A DNA stretch of 35,518 nt from Candidatus Aenigmatarchaeota archaeon (GTDB lineage Archaea > Aenigmatarchaeota > Aenigmatarchaeia > Aenigmatarchaeales > JACQIB01): the NCBI GenBank assembly GCA_043799675.1, contig JAZDNN010000009.1:1-35518 (forward strand), read 5' to 3'. This document shows, one piece after another, positions 26,559 to 35,518 of the stretch. A program made the position numbers and the translations under genes. Position 1 is the first letter of the stretch. Each line of letters begins with the position of its first letter. The notes under the pieces were generated by a model. That model had not been told where the DNA came from. It ran no database searches and saw nothing but the letters and a program-made list of their open reading frames with translations.

Positions 26559-28670
26559 ATGCAGAAAGATGAACGCATAAGCGTGATAGGGATGCTGGCA
26601 ATCGTGAGCGTAGTGTTCCTTCTCATCACGCTCAAGCCCTCGGTGCCGACGTATCAGGCAAAAACGTTCGCATCCTATCAGGAACTTTCGGACTTCCTCA
26701 ACGAAAGGAGCGAGTCACAGTATTACGGTGGAACATTCATGGACGCGCGAGCAACAGGAGAACTTGCAGTCGCACCGACAGCCGCACCCGGGGAATCGAC
26801 CGGAACGGCAAAAGCTACCGATTACTCCACGACAAACATCCAGGTAGAAGGGGTGGATGAGCCGGACATCGTCAAGAACGACGGGAAATACATCTACACG
26901 ATTTCTTCGAACAACATAACGATAGTGGACGCATACCCTGCTGAAGGCATGAAAATCAGCTCCAGGATAAGCGTCGACGGGACGATCTCGAACATCTTTG
27001 TAAACGGCGACAAGCTGATCGTTTTCGGAAATAATTACAATTACTGGGGCGGGCCGTATGCGATAGACGAATCAGTTGTAAAGGCCGAGGCCGGTATCTC
27101 AATCTCCGGCATGGTGGCGCCCCGATATTATTCGCACCCCAATTCATTCATCTACGTCTACAACATCGCCGACCGGGCTAATCCGGTCCTTGTGAGGAAC
27201 CTTACATTGGACGGTTCATACTACGACGCAAGGATGATAGGCGGCTACGTTTACGCCATAATCCAGCAACCGGTACAGATGCTGGATAACGGACCGGTAC
27301 TGCCTTTGATGTCCGTCGGGTCCCAGGCAAGGGAAATCGCCGCATCCGACATAACCTATTTTGACGAATACGACACCTCGTTCACCTACACGTTCGTGAT
27401 AGCGCTGAACAGCCAGAACGATGCGGAGCAACCGACCGAAAAGGTGTTCCTGCTGGGTTACAGCCAGAACCTGTACGTTTCGCAGGACAACATATACACG
27501 GTCTACACGAAGTACCTCTCGCAGACCGAACAGAACAGAAGGCTAATCGAGGCAATCATTCCGAACCTTCCGATGGAACTCCAAAGCAAGGTCAATGTGG
27601 TCTGGAACGGCCATGACATGACATCTTACGAGAAAATGAATGCGATCGGAACGTTGATGCAAGATTATACGGAAAGCCTGGGTCCGGAAGGAGGGGCGCG
27701 GTTCATGCAATCCCTTGAACAGAAGATGCAGAGCGTGGTGATTGAATTGCAAAAAGATATGGAGAAGACCGTGATACACAAAATAGCCGTCTCCGGACCT
27801 TCGGTGGAATACAGGATAAGCGGCGAGGTACCGGGAAGGGTGCTGAACCAGTTCTCAATGGACGAATACAACGGGAACTTCAGAATCGCAACTACCACAG
27901 GCAACAGCTGGGACCAAAGCTCTATGAACAACATGTACGTGCTCGATTCAGGACTGGGAATAACCGGTAGGCTGGAAAACCTTGCGCAAGGGGAACAGAT
28001 TTACTCCGTCCGCTTCATGGGGGAAAGGGCATACATGGTGACCTTCCACAGGACAGACCCGCTGTTCGTGATAGACCTCTCGAACCCGTCCTCACCGGCG
28101 GTCCTCGGGGAACTGAAGATGCCGGGCTTTTCGGACTACCTGCACCCGGTCGATGTGAACCACCTCATAGGCGTCGGGCAGATGGCGGACGAGAACGGAA
28201 GGCTGACGGGGCAGGTCAAGCTGTCATTGTTCGATGTATCGGACGTGGCACACCCGATAGAAACATCGGGCTACCTCATAGGGGGCAACGGGGACTGGGC
28301 GTACTCGGAAGTGCTGAACGACCACAAGGCATTCCTGTTCAGCAGCGCAAAGGGCCTGCTTGCAATCCCGGTAAGCATCAACAACTGGCAGGCGAACAGG
28401 TACTTCCAGGGGGCGTACGTGTTCGACTTCTCCGTTGAGAACGGGTTCAACCTGAAAGGCACGGTGACGCACCAGATCACCAACGCATCCGAGGAACAGA
28501 CCTATTACGATTACCAGGGCGCGGTGCGCCGCTCACTGTACATGGACAACGTGTTCTACACGATCTCGGACACCATGATAAAGGCGAGCAGCCTGACGGA
28601 CTTGGGCGAGATAGCAAAAACGGTCCTGCAGGAACCGAACACCGGAATCATCTACCCGGTTGTTTACTGA
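26559..28670 (+). CDS. Secreted beta-propeller domain protein
   Basis: N-terminal TM; YSTTNIQVEGVDEPDIVKNDG, LNQFSMDEY, IYSVRFMG, DPLFVIDLS, GELKMPGFSDYLHP. Confidence 0.88.
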   Translation: MQKDERISVIGMLAIVSVVFLLITLKPSVPTYQAKTFASYQELSDFLNERSESQYYGGTFMDARATGELAVAPTAAPGESTGTAKATDYSTTNIQVEGVDEPDIVKNDGKYIYTISSNNITIVDAYPAEGMKISSRISVDGTISNIFVNGDKLIVFGNNYNYWGGPYAIDESVVKAEAGISISGMVAPRYYSHPNSFIYVYNIADRANPVLVRNLTLDGSYYDARMIGGYVYAIIQQPVQMLDNGPVLPLMSVGSQAREIAASDITYFDEYDTSFTYTFVIALNSQNDAEQPTEKVFLLGYSQNLYVSQDNIYTVYTKYLSQTEQNRRLIEAIIPNLPMELQSKVNVVWNGHDMTSYEKMNAIGTLMQDYTESLGPEGGARFMQSLEQKMQSVVIELQKDMEKTVIHKIAVSGPSVEYRISGEVPGRVLNQFSMDEYNGNFRIATTTGNSWDQSSMNNMYVLDSGLGITGRLENLAQGEQIYSVRFMGERAYMVTFHRTDPLFVIDLSNPSSPAVLGELKMPGFSDYLHPVDVNHLIGVGQMADENGRLTGQVKLSLFDVSDVAHPIETSGYLIGGNGDWAYSEVLNDHKAFLFSSAKGLLAIPVSINNWQANRYFQGAYVFDFSVENGFNLKGTVTHQITNASEEQTYYDYQGAVRRSLYMDNVFYTISDTMIKASSLTDLGEIAKTVLQEPNTGIIYPVVY

Positions 28671-29238
28671 CAGGTTCAAAAAAACGTTTCCTATGCTCCC
28701 AGTGCTTCAGGCTTTCCCAAATATTGACGGTCTCCCTGTCGAAAATCAGCAAACCTGTTTTGGACAGCATGTAATTACCGTCCTCCAATTTCATCAGCCC
28801 GGCATCATGCAGCCGATTAAAAGCGATTTCCTCGTAACTGTTATAGAACCCTTCATTTGGTTTAATGCCTTGCTGGACATTATGGAGCAGCTTAACGGAT
28901 GCGCATGTCACACCTGCACCGCATATTTCATAATAAGGCCTGATGAAAAAACGATTGTCGGCATCGACGACCACCCTTGTTTGCGGCTTGATTGTACCGG
29001 ATATGTGAATTCCGTCGCGCGAACCCACCGATCCCCAATGGCCGGCAAGCTTTTGCATCACCCTTTCGACCTGTTCCGTGCGGAAGTACGTTTGCAGTCT
29101 ATTGCCCGCGGCCGCCTTCGTTATCGGGTTTTTGCTGACATCGTGATAATAAGCGCACATTAATTCTGGTGCCAGGAGCCCGACCTTCAGATACCGCTTC
29201 ACGTCATCGTTGTCGTTGAGCCACTGCAATATGTCCAC
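28648..29238 (-). CDS. Hypothetical protein, possible C-terminal winged helix
   Basis: 196-aa ORF; AFNRLHDAGLMKLEDGNYMLSKTG resembles a wHTH wing. Confidence 0.6.
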   Translation of the reverse strand: MDILQWLNDNDDVKRYLKVGLLAPELMCAYYHDVSKNPITKAAAGNRLQTYFRTEQVERVMQKLAGHWGSVGSRDGIHISGTIKPQTRVVVDADNRFFIRPYYEICGAGVTCASVKLLHNVQQGIKPNEGFYNSYEEIAFNRLHDAGLMKLEDGNYMLSKTGLLIFDRETVNIWESLKHWEHRKRFFEPVSKQPGR

Positions 29239-29262
29239 AGATGCTGAACGAGAGAAAAGTAT

Positions 29263-29805
29263 TTAAGGAGATGTCGCTTCCTCGGGTTCCTTCTTCTCAG
29301 GCTCCGCGGGGATGCTCTCGAACAGCTTCTTTGCATCCTCCGGGCTGTTGAGACCGAAGTAATCCGCAAAGCCCTTTGTTGTCACCAGGGCCTTGCTCCT
29401 GCCGGACTTGATAGCACGCAGCATCCCTCTCCGCTCCAGCTCTTTCACATACTCGTAGGTCCGGTTGCCGATGACCTTCACTATCTGGCTCTGGGTGATG
29501 GGCTGCTTGTAGGCAACCAAAGCCAGGACCCTCAGGAGACCGCGGCTGAGGTCATGGAAAGGCGTCAAGCCCCTGACTGCCGAAACATACTCGGGCTTGA
29601 CCCTGAACTGCCATCCCGTTTCCGTGTTAAACAGTTGGACACCATGCTCTTCGCCTGCATAGAAATCCTGAACTTCCTTGAGCATCACTTCCACCTTGTC
29701 GGGACTGGTGCTGCCTATCAGCCGCATTATCTTGTCCAGATGCAGCGGTTCCGCTGCCTGGAACAGAACGGCTTCCAGCATCGCCTTCTTGCTACGCTTT
29801 TCCAT
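29263..29805 (-). CDS. scpB: Segregation and condensation protein B
   Basis: LEAVLFQAAEPL, VLALVAYKQPITQSQI, TTKGFADYFGL. Confidence 0.93.
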   Translation of the reverse strand: MEKRSKKAMLEAVLFQAAEPLHLDKIMRLIGSTSPDKVEVMLKEVQDFYAGEEHGVQLFNTETGWQFRVKPEYVSAVRGLTPFHDLSRGLLRVLALVAYKQPITQSQIVKVIGNRTYEYVKELERRGMLRAIKSGRSKALVTTKGFADYFGLNSPEDAKKLFESIPAEPEKKEPEEATSP

Positions 29806-30520
29806 CCTTCACACCTTCGCCAACCTGATGGCTTTTCCGTTTAATAACGATGTCCTCGAACAGCACTGGCTGCTCATGGGATATCTTGCCCTCTTGGGTT
29901 AAATGAAGCATGGGCATGAGGGTCCTCACTATGTCCCTGCGGTCCCAGTTCTTCACCAGACTCTTGAACGTGGTGCTTCCCTCGACGTCGGCTATTGCCG
30001 CATTGATGTTGTCGAGCAGTTTCTGGATTCGGTCGGTTATGTCCTCGGTGTCCTTCGGCAGCACGAGCTCCACATGGTGCCTTATCCTCTCCTTCCGCAT
30101 CTCCCTCCGTTCCTTGACCTCGAACGCCTTCCTCAGGGCGGTGAGAAGCTCCTCAAGGGTCACGCTGCCGACGGGGACCCTCTTGACCGGGGCCTGAAGC
30201 GGCGGAATCGAGGCAAGCAACCGGATGAGCTCGGCGTCCTTCTGCTCGGTCGGGCCCTCGGCTATCAACTTTCCCGGCTGCTTGTTAGCGAGAATATCGG
30301 ATTTCATCCTCAGAAGGATTGCAGCTATCAGGATGAAACGGGCGGGCATCCTAAGGTCCATATCGTTCAGCTTGGCGACATAGGTTGCAAAGGTGTCAGC
30401 CAGCCTGACCAGGTCCATCGCCCACGGGTCCATCTGTTCCTCGGCAACTATCTTGACTATCACGTCCTCCCAGCTCGGTTCGTTCACCATGAGGTTGATG
30501 AGGTCGCTGTCAGAAAGCAT
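29792..30520 (-). CDS. scpA: Segregation and condensation protein A (kleisin)
   Basis: MDPWAMDLVRL, AAILLRMKS, VTLEELL, LHL.QEGKI..EQ..LFEDI. Confidence 0.92.
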   Translation of the reverse strand: MLSDSDLINLMVNEPSWEDVIVKIVAEEQMDPWAMDLVRLADTFATYVAKLNDMDLRMPARFILIAAILLRMKSDILANKQPGKLIAEGPTEQKDAELIRLLASIPPLQAPVKRVPVGSVTLEELLTALRKAFEVKERREMRKERIRHHVELVLPKDTEDITDRIQKLLDNINAAIADVEGSTTFKSLVKNWDRRDIVRTLMPMLHLTQEGKISHEQPVLFEDIVIKRKSHQVGEGVKDGKA

Positions 30521-30544
30521 GACTACATTTTCGTCGCGACGCTT

Positions 30545-30859
30545 TTAAACGGCCTTGGTATCGACCTTGTATCCGAATTCTCTCAGCTTTTCAACCAAAT
30601 TTTCAAAGTTGAAAGATTGCACCATGAAAACACGGCCGTCTTTTTTGGAAGTGATATATACAACATCCCAAACGATATTGAATCTCCCTTTTTTCATGGA
30701 AATTATATCTTTTTTCAACAATTCGTTCGATGAGAACAACGAACTGAGAACTATCCTGTCCCTGTACACCGCTATTTTGGCAAACGGCCATCCGGCACGG
30801 CGATAAAAGACCCCTTCTTTGTACCTTATCGCCAAGTGCTCTTTGTATACATCCGGCAT
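30545..30859 (-). CDS. Small AT-rich hypothetical protein (PH-like beta pattern)
   Basis: 104-aa ORF, WPFAKIAVYRDRIVL; base composition differs from the flanks. Confidence 0.6.
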   Translation of the reverse strand: MPDVYKEHLAIRYKEGVFYRRAGWPFAKIAVYRDRIVLSSLFSSNELLKKDIISMKKGRFNIVWDVVYITSKKDGRVFMVQSFNFENLVEKLREFGYKVDTKAV

Positions 30860-30980
30860 AATTATTATTGCCCTGTTGCGATATAAACCTTATTGCCAAT
30901 GCAGACCGTCACATCCCCCGAGAAACGGTCTTACGTTCCCGGCTTAGGAAGTTATTAAGTATGATTGCGGAATAACTCCC

Positions 30981-31517
30981 GTGGAGAACATCGAGGCCGA
31001 GGTCAGAAGCTTCATAACCGAGGAGCAATACCGCAGGTTGCTTGATTTCTTCAGGCAGAATTCCAAGCCGGTAAAGGAGGACTACCAGGAATCATATTAC
31101 TTCGCTGCACCGATTGACCTCAGGATACAGAAGAACAGCAAAGGGGCCAAGCTCTGGGCGAAGGCCGGTAAAATCCATGACGACTCGAGGGAGGAAACGG
31201 AGGTATGGTTCGGCGCAGAGGAATTCGGCAAGCTTGAGATGCTGTTCAATTCCCTGGGTTTCCCGACAAGCGTGAAGTGGTTCAGGCACAGGAAGCAGTT
31301 CGACTGGAACGGAATCAAGGTGTGCCTGGATGACACGAAAGGCTATGGAAGAATAATCGAGCTCGAAAAGATGTGCGACGAGGGCGGCAGGGAAAATGCA
31401 CTGAAACTGCTGAGGGAAAAAATGGCGGAACTGAATGTCATGGAAACTCCGAGGGAGGAATTTGACGCGAAGTTCGAGCATTACAGGAAGAACTGGAAAG
31501 CTTTGACCGAGGTTTAA
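30981..31517 (+). CDS. CYTH-domain protein (class IV adenylate cyclase/triphosphate tunnel metalloenzyme)
   Basis: IEAEVR, DLRIQ, REETEV, KVCLDDTKGYGRIIELE. Confidence 0.85.
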   Translation: MENIEAEVRSFITEEQYRRLLDFFRQNSKPVKEDYQESYYFAAPIDLRIQKNSKGAKLWAKAGKIHDDSREETEVWFGAEEFGKLEMLFNSLGFPTSVKWFRHRKQFDWNGIKVCLDDTKGYGRIIELEKMCDEGGRENALKLLREKMAELNVMETPREEFDAKFEHYRKNWKALTEV

Positions 31518-31533
31518 AAGTTATATAGCGGGC

Positions 31534-32880
31534 ATGGCTACAATTACCATGCCAAAGCGCAACGTCCTGATTCTGGGGGCGGCCGGAAGGGACTTCCACA
31601 ACTTCAACACGTTCTTCCGCGGGAACAAGGATTACAACGTCCTGGCGTTCACTGCGGCGCAGATTCCGGGGATAGCGAACAGGAAGTACCCTAAGGAACT
31701 GGCGGGCAAAGGATACCCCAACGGAATACCGATTTATCCTGAAGAAAGGATGGCCGAGCTCATCAAGAAACTTAATATCAACGTTGTCGTGATTTCATAC
31801 TCTGACCTACCGCATACCGAGGTGATGCACAAGGCCAGCATAGCGAATGCCGCAGGAGCGGATTTCTGGCTGCTCGGTCCCGAGAAGACAGAGTTGAGAA
31901 GCAAAAAACCGGTGATAAGCGTCTGCGCGGTGCGGACGGGCGCAGGAAAGAGCCCGACCACGCGGCATGTGATTGATTTGCTGCACAGGCTGAGGTCGGG
32001 CCTGCAAATAGTCGTAGTGAGGCATCCGATGCCGTACGGGGACCTTGCAAAACAGGCGGTGCAACGGTTCGCAAGCATGGAGGACATGAAGAAGGCGAAA
32101 TGCACCATTGAGGAAATGGAGGAATACGCGCCGCACATCGAACGGGGAACGATCGTTTACGCGGGCGTGGATTATGAGAAAATTCTCAGAGCGGCGGAGA
32201 AGGAGGCGGACATAATCATCTGGGACGGCGGCAACAACGATCTTCCGTTCTTCAAACCGGATTTGCAGATAGTGATAGCCGACGCGTTGCGACCGGGGCA
32301 CGAGATGAGCTACTATCCCGGCGAGACCAATCTGCGCGCTGCGGACGTCGTCATAATCAACAAGATAGGGGAAGCCAGCCCGAGCAGCGTGGACATGATA
32401 ATGAACAACATCAACATGGCAAATCCACGCGCACAGGTCATCAAGGCAGACCTCACGGTCTCACTGGAGAACGGGACCGACCTGAAGGGAAAGAGGGTCC
32501 TTGTGATAGAAGACGGGCCGACCATCACCCACGGAGGGCTGAGCACGGGAGCGGGGATGGTGGCTGCGGAACGCGGCGGGGCGTATGTTGTCAATCCCCG
32601 ACAGCATGCGGTCGGAAGCCTGCAGAAGGTCTACAGCAACTTCCCGCACATCGGGGCGGTCCTGCCCGCGATGGGCTACAGCACCGAACAGGTGAAAGAA
32701 CTGGAAGAAACGATAAATCAATCTCCGGCGGACGCCGTGGTGATAGGTACGCCTGTGGACCTGAGAAGGTTCCTGAAGCTGAACAAACCGGCTGTCCGGG
32801 TCATCTATGAACTCAAAGAACTGACCAGGCCCGGGTTGGAAGAGATCCTGCGTGAATTCCTGAGGAAGGGCGGGAAGTAA
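31534..32880 (+). CDS. P-loop 'GTPase' of the cyclic 2,3-DPG synthetase-like family; candidate arginine synthetase
   Basis: LGAAGRDFHNFN, AVRTGAGKS, RHPMPYG, WDGGNND, EDGPTITHG, LPAMGY. Confidence 0.8.
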   Translation: MATITMPKRNVLILGAAGRDFHNFNTFFRGNKDYNVLAFTAAQIPGIANRKYPKELAGKGYPNGIPIYPEERMAELIKKLNINVVVISYSDLPHTEVMHKASIANAAGADFWLLGPEKTELRSKKPVISVCAVRTGAGKSPTTRHVIDLLHRLRSGLQIVVVRHPMPYGDLAKQAVQRFASMEDMKKAKCTIEEMEEYAPHIERGTIVYAGVDYEKILRAAEKEADIIIWDGGNNDLPFFKPDLQIVIADALRPGHEMSYYPGETNLRAADVVIINKIGEASPSSVDMIMNNINMANPRAQVIKADLTVSLENGTDLKGKRVLVIEDGPTITHGGLSTGAGMVAAERGGAYVVNPRQHAVGSLQKVYSNFPHIGAVLPAMGYSTEQVKELEETINQSPADAVVIGTPVDLRRFLKLNKPAVRVIYELKELTRPGLEEILREFLRKGGK

Positions 32881-32925
32881 CCACCATACAGTGGATATTT
32901 AAAGATTTGCAGGCATCAAGCGGAC

Positions 32926-34008
32926 ATGAAAGAATTTGTGGGCGAAAACGTCGGCTGGAGCTACGAGACGGGAAGGATCGTCGGGTACAAGGCCCTCAAC
33001 ATGGGTCTTGCCATAAGGCAGAAAATACACTCCCTGCCAAGGCACGTTCTCGGGGACGAAGATGATGCAATTCTCAAGCCCGGCAGCAAGGCCAAGAGAG
33101 CGGATGCCGAGGGGGAAAAGGTCGGAATCGAGCACCTGAAAGGAATATCACATTTCATCGGAAAGAACATACGGCTGGTCGTCGACCCGATAAAACAGAC
33201 GACCTACGACATAGGAAATTACGGCTCTTCGGAAGTCATCTGGGGGTACTTCGATGCCATAGACGGGACGATGAAGGTGGCAGGACTCGGCAGCGACCCG
33301 AAGAACAAGACATACCGCCTGGGAAACAACGGATGCTGGGCGACCGGGATAGCTTTCACCCCCCCGACAAAGAAGGACCTTTCCGAGCTGACCATCGGGG
33401 ACTTTGACGTGGCAACGATAGTGGACGGCAACCCGACCGTCAGCAGGGCATACCCGACCAACGCCGTCGCCTACCGCTCCTTCAGTCACGAACTTTTTAC
33501 TGAGGAAATCAATGAGGACGAATGTAGCATATCATTGAGGACCTCCACCCAGACCAACCTGGGCCAGGCGACGGTGGTCCTTGACAACTTCCAGGCGTTC
33601 GACCGCAAATCGGCGGCCTCAGGGAGCGAAAAGCTGGCAGGTGAGGTTTACAAGCGGCTTGCGAACCGCAATGAGGGCGGGGCATTCGACATAGTCAGGC
33701 TGTACGCGAACATGGGGGAACTACTCAGACAGACGCTCGACCAGGGTATTCTAGAACAGGGTGCCCCTCCGGGTTACATAGAGCCACAGGGCGTGGGTCA
33801 CATTACAATCAACGAGAACATGCCGAACCTCATCCCCATCACTCCGGTGGCAGAGGGAGCGGGCGGAATAGTCATTGACTTCGACGGCAATCCGATAAGG
33901 GAAAGAAAAATCAACGCAGGAAGGCCGAACGTGATAATTGCCGCCAACGAGACCATCAAGGAGCAACTTCTGAGAATAGTGCATGAGGCTCGGGATTCTG
34001 CCAAGTAG
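32926..34008 (+). CDS. Divergent inositol monophosphatase/FBPase (FIG superfamily)-like protein
   Basis: YFDAIDGT (DPxDGT-like) and EGAGGIVIDFDGNP...IIAAN C-terminal motif. Confidence 0.65.
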   Translation: MKEFVGENVGWSYETGRIVGYKALNMGLAIRQKIHSLPRHVLGDEDDAILKPGSKAKRADAEGEKVGIEHLKGISHFIGKNIRLVVDPIKQTTYDIGNYGSSEVIWGYFDAIDGTMKVAGLGSDPKNKTYRLGNNGCWATGIAFTPPTKKDLSELTIGDFDVATIVDGNPTVSRAYPTNAVAYRSFSHELFTEEINEDECSISLRTSTQTNLGQATVVLDNFQAFDRKSAASGSEKLAGEVYKRLANRNEGGAFDIVRLYANMGELLRQTLDQGILEQGAPPGYIEPQGVGHITINENMPNLIPITPVAEGAGGIVIDFDGNPIRERKINAGRPNVIIAANETIKEQLLRIVHEARDSAK

Positions 34009-34051
34009 GCGAACTGAAACGAAGCGCTTCTTGCAACCACCTTTCGATAAG

Positions 34052-34069
34052 TTTATATACTATATAGTA
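34052..34069 (+). promoter_or_regulatory. TATA box TTTATATA overlapping a perfect 12-bp palindrome TACTATATAGTA
   Basis: Seen directly, 11-29 nt upstream of the ATG at 34081. Confidence 0.55.
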
Positions 34070-34080
34070 GTAAATAATGT

Positions 34081-34404
34081 ATGCCTGCACCGAAGAACGA
34101 TGACTTCAGGGAATTCGTTCTTGCCTATGTGAATCAGAACCCGGGAAAATTCGCCTGGGAAGTTTACAAGGGACTTCACGATATTTTTCCAGAGATGAAG
34201 GCCTATGATACAAGATATCATCTGGATGTTCTGGCGACACCTGGCGCCGAGCAGGAACTTACACGAATCGGTGGAATATACTACCCGAAAGACGGGAAAA
34301 TCGAGCCTGCAGTAGCCAGAGAAACTACATTCAGGACAGCAAGGAAACACAGATTTCACAGCCCTTCGTTGGAAAATAAGGATGCTAATCGTGATATGGC
34401 ATGA
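34081..34404 (+). CDS. Small hypothetical protein, winged-helix-like
   Basis: VLAYVNQNPGKFAWEVYKGL...TRYHLDVL...GGIYYP pattern. Confidence 0.6.
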   Translation: MPAPKNDDFREFVLAYVNQNPGKFAWEVYKGLHDIFPEMKAYDTRYHLDVLATPGAEQELTRIGGIYYPKDGKIEPAVARETTFRTARKHRFHSPSLENKDANRDMA

Positions 34405-35444
34405 TAACCCGTTCCGTGCGGCCAAACCTGACTATACCGACCAGATGGGGAGAGGTCTACGTCTTTGGTTACGACAGGAGAAAACACGAGCCACCGTGCA
34501 CTTACTATTTTGACCGCTGGATGCGCAAATACAGGGTGCATTCGAAACTGTCGGGAAAATACGAAAAGGGCCCTAGAACAGCATATGCCACCACCGAAGG
34601 CAAGGAACTGCTTGTGGACACGCTCGGCTGGAAGCGCATCTTTGGGACCTTCCAGCACCAGAGCAGGCTCTCGAGGATTGCCACCCCGATAGGAGAAGGC
34701 ACGGAGGGAAAGGTATACAAGTTCGACCTGAACGGCAAGGCGTTTGCAGTCAAGGTCTACGACCGGCGCAAGCAGGCCATCGCAGACTTCGCAGGAAACA
34801 TGTCCTACCTTCTCTTCAGCGAGCCGGATTTCCGCGACCATTTCCTGTATTCGAGGTACGTGGCCGGCCAGCTGAACCAGTTCCCCAGGAGGCATGTGCG
34901 GTTCCGGGGGGTCAAGGACTACCTGGCATCCCAGAGGTTCATAGTTGACGAATATGTCCCCGGAATCCAGCTGAACGACATCTACAATGCAACCGGGGCC
35001 GAAAATGGAAAGCTTCCAATACGCAGGCAAAGAAAGGCGAAGGCACTGCTGGAGAGGGACAATATCGAAAGACGGCACGTCGATGAGCTTAAGGCAGAAA
35101 TGGAAAATGTTAAAAACCTGGCCGAAATGAAATCAATGGCCGTCAGGAACTCGCTTGTCCGGATGAGCCTGCACCCCTCGAACATGATGGTCAGTGGCTT
35201 CGACGCGGACGATGAAAGGTTCGAACTGGTAGTGATAGACCAGGGCGAGGCGCCACCCCGGGAATATGCAGGTAGGGAAGACATGGGGAAAGATTTAAGG
35301 CTCTGCACATGGTACAATGAACATCTGGACGAATTCAGAGAAGATCCGTTCTATGCGAGCTACGTCTCGGGCTTCAGGAAATCAGAAATCCGTGATGATG
35401 TGGTCGTGAAATGGCCCTGTATGGCACGGCGGAACCATGCGTAG
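34401..35444 (+). CDS. Protein-kinase-like fold protein (probable pseudokinase)
   Basis: IGEGTEGKVY Gly loop, FAVKV, DEYVPG hinge, MSLHPSNMM catalytic loop, VIDQG; ATGA overlap with the upstream gene. Confidence 0.72.
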   Translation: MITRSVRPNLTIPTRWGEVYVFGYDRRKHEPPCTYYFDRWMRKYRVHSKLSGKYEKGPRTAYATTEGKELLVDTLGWKRIFGTFQHQSRLSRIATPIGEGTEGKVYKFDLNGKAFAVKVYDRRKQAIADFAGNMSYLLFSEPDFRDHFLYSRYVAGQLNQFPRRHVRFRGVKDYLASQRFIVDEYVPGIQLNDIYNATGAENGKLPIRRQRKAKALLERDNIERRHVDELKAEMENVKNLAEMKSMAVRNSLVRMSLHPSNMMVSGFDADDERFELVVIDQGEAPPREYAGREDMGKDLRLCTWYNEHLDEFREDPFYASYVSGFRKSEIRDDVVVKWPCMARRNHA

Positions 35445-35518
35445 TTACTCCGGCATCTTGATTCCGACGAGCTTTGATTCGCCTTCTTCCATGCTGACGC
35501 CGTAGACGCAATCCGCCG
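35445..35518 (-). CDS. smc: C-terminal end of chromosome segregation protein SMC (continues beyond the window)
   Basis: Manual translation ...ADCVYGVSMEEGESKLVGIKMPE*, matching the SMC C-terminal AD.xxGV.M..G.S.xV motif; same strand as scpA/scpB. Confidence 0.75.
   Translation of the reverse strand, partial: ADCVYGVSMEEGESKLVGIKMPE

Noticed and set aside
30903..30931. Inverted repeat AGACCGT...ACGGTCT in the 30860-30980 spacer as an ncRNA or MITE
   Set aside because: Only a 7-bp arm with no further structure or second copy; insufficient support.
1..35518. CRISPR array, rRNA or IS element
   Set aside because: No regularly spaced repeats, rRNA-like sequence or transposase ORF seen.

Overview
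Gene-dense archaeal window. The compact intergenic spacers, TATA boxes about 22-25 nt upstream of apparently leaderless starts, genomically encoded CCA and tRNAs with multiple or non-canonical BHB introns suggest a DPANN-type lineage (inference). Housekeeping content: iorB (partial), DEAD-box helicase, rfcS, AK6, L40e, DGGGP synthase, TspO, an ABC exporter, AAA ATPase, LDH/MDH-like enzyme, matrixin, parvulin, ThiI catalytic domain, DinB, NnrD, Trm11-like methyltransferase, Hel308, a tmk-thyX-glyA cluster, scpA/scpB, the smc C-terminus, CYTH, an ArcE/CpgS-like P-loop enzyme, a FIG-family phosphatase and a kinase-like protein. Three complete tRNAs were read by eye: Thr-GGT (28/29 intron), Arg-CCG (37/38 and 59/60 introns) and Pro-TGG. 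The most striking locus is 8798-9663: an intact tRNA-Thr, then a free-standing, AT-rich, two-motif LAGLIDADG gene, then an orphan second 3' half of tRNA-Thr with the same acceptor strand, a covarying T-stem and its own T-loop BHB intron. This looks like an integrase-free, tRNA-targeting homing cassette that restores the tRNA it interrupts.
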